Assembly: GCA_020833025.1 (NCBI GenBank)
Contig: JAJHRB010000006.1
Coordinates: forward strand, 1-36,768
Source of the DNA: Thermoproteaceae archaeon
GTDB taxonomy: Archaea > Thermoproteota > Thermoprotei > Thermoproteales > Thermoproteaceae
Direction of reading: 5' to 3'
DNA length: 36,768 nucleotides
A program made the position numbers and the translations under genes. The notes under the pieces were generated by a model. It had not been told where the DNA came from. It worked only from the letters and a program-made list of their open reading frames with translations, and searched no databases. Below are positions 35,815 through 36,768 of this stretch, piece by piece (the first letter of the stretch is position 1; the number at the start of each line of letters is the position of its first letter).

Positions 35815-35958
35815 GGGGCCGTAGTCTAGCCTGGCCAGGATAATGGGAGCGGCCGTCGCTCCCATCGTGAGGCCGGCCTGGGGCCGAGCCCCGTCGCTGG
35901 ATCGCCGGTGATCCCGGGTTCGGGGAGAGCCCGCCCAGAAATCCCGGCGGCCCCACCA
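35815..35958 (+). tRNA. tRNA-Pro(GGG) with three introns (25/26, 37/38, 56/57), CCA encoded
   Basis: Introns 35842-35871, 35884-35902 and 35922-35938; mature anticodon arm CCGGC-CTGGGGC-GCCGG, T-loop TTCAAAT; TTAAATA promoter upstream. Confidence 0.88.
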
Positions 35959-36114
35959 GCGTGCTCTTGCTCCGGAGGCGTCGCGAGGCGGGGGTCTTGA
36001 AACGCGGCAGCACAGGAATGGGCCTCCGCAGCTTTGCTCGCACTCGTTAGGCTGCGCGCTGTGAGTGCTATCGAGCAGTTCTGGCGCGCCTGTTAGAAGG
36101 CCCTCTCAGCCGCG

Positions 36115-36723
36115 TCAGCGGAGAAGCGAGCGGTAGGCATCGCCCCACCCCAGCCTCAAGACCTTGTAGTGGGCCTCGTCGAGATTCACGCTGCTCACGA
36201 CTTGCTCGATGTACCGCACTATCCACCGCACCAGCGTGAGCTTGCCCTCCGGCGTCAGCCTGTGCCAGATGTCGCTCGCCACCTCGAGAGGATTCGGCGG
36301 GTAGGTCCCGCATATGGTGACATCGCCAGAGGGCGGGACTCCAAAGACGAGCGAGGGCGCCGGCGGGCTCTCTGCGGCCCTCGGGAAGACACCGTCCCAC
36401 TCCCTCAGCTCCACTCTCTCGAAGACTTTTGCCTTTATCACCAGCGCCGCGAGTTTCACCGCGGCGACCTCTCTGCGCTTTAGGCTCTCGACCGACTCGT
36501 AGCACCTCCACCTCGCTTTGATCTCGTGGTAGAGCCCGAGGAGCGGCTCGAGGTACCCCTCCAGCGGGCCCAGATCTGCCGGCTTTCCCTCGCACATCTC
36601 GCGCGGCAGCGGCAGCCAGAACTCGTCAAATTTCGTCGAGATGGACTCCAGGAAGTCGGTGCACGCCTCGACGCCGGCTCTCGTCAGCGACGTGACGGCC
36701 ACCAGGGGGTGGCGCCGGGCCAC
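36115..36723 (-). CDS. Hypothetical protein
   Basis: 202-aa ORF with typical amphipathic composition; start could be 36723 or GTG 36702; no family recognised. Confidence 0.7.
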   Translation of the reverse strand: MARRHPLVAVTSLTRAGVEACTDFLESISTKFDEFWLPLPREMCEGKPADLGPLEGYLEPLLGLYHEIKARWRCYESVESLKRREVAAVKLAALVIKAKVFERVELREWDGVFPRAAESPPAPSLVFGVPPSGDVTICGTYPPNPLEVASDIWHRLTPEGKLTLVRWIVRYIEQVVSSVNLDEAHYKVLRLGWGDAYRSLLR

Positions 36724-36768
36724 GCGTCATGTCGCGCCTGGACATTTATTGCTGCTGGCATGACGGCG

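Noticed and set aside
25-36595. Most overlapping and antisense ORFs in the six-frame track (e.g. 114-653, 908-1579, 5689-6399, 11947-12666, 33704-34243, 35162-35707)
   Set aside because: They are shadow ORFs of well-supported genes in high-GC DNA, with Arg/Ala/Pro-rich composition and no motifs.

Overview
GC-rich archaeal chromosomal window. Gene content, leaderless GTG/ATG starts about 25 nt behind TATA boxes, and multi-intron tRNAs point to Thermoproteaceae (Pyrobaculum/Thermoproteus-like). Protein genes are mostly housekeeping: rps10, aRF1, a nurA-herA-mre11-rad50 operon, a MoxR/VWA pair, ADP-forming acyl-CoA synthetase, asd, thrB, trpC, rpoP, rpl40e, FAU-1, TrmO, transporters, and siroheme/heme genes scattered in three pieces. 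The most unusual content is non-coding. There are three complete tRNAs carrying 2-3 BHB introns each, and a promoter-bearing 3' half of tRNA-Trp whose GC-rich leader fits a trans-splicing BHB at 30/31 (candidate new split tRNA). A tRNA-Gln 5' fragment sits behind an identical promoter motif. There is also a C/D-box sRNA with a decayed duplicate bracketing asd, several dispersed CRISPR-repeat-like 24-mers, and two unassigned highly structured elements (about 380 nt and 170 nt). All family assignments come from motif recognition by eye; no searches were run.
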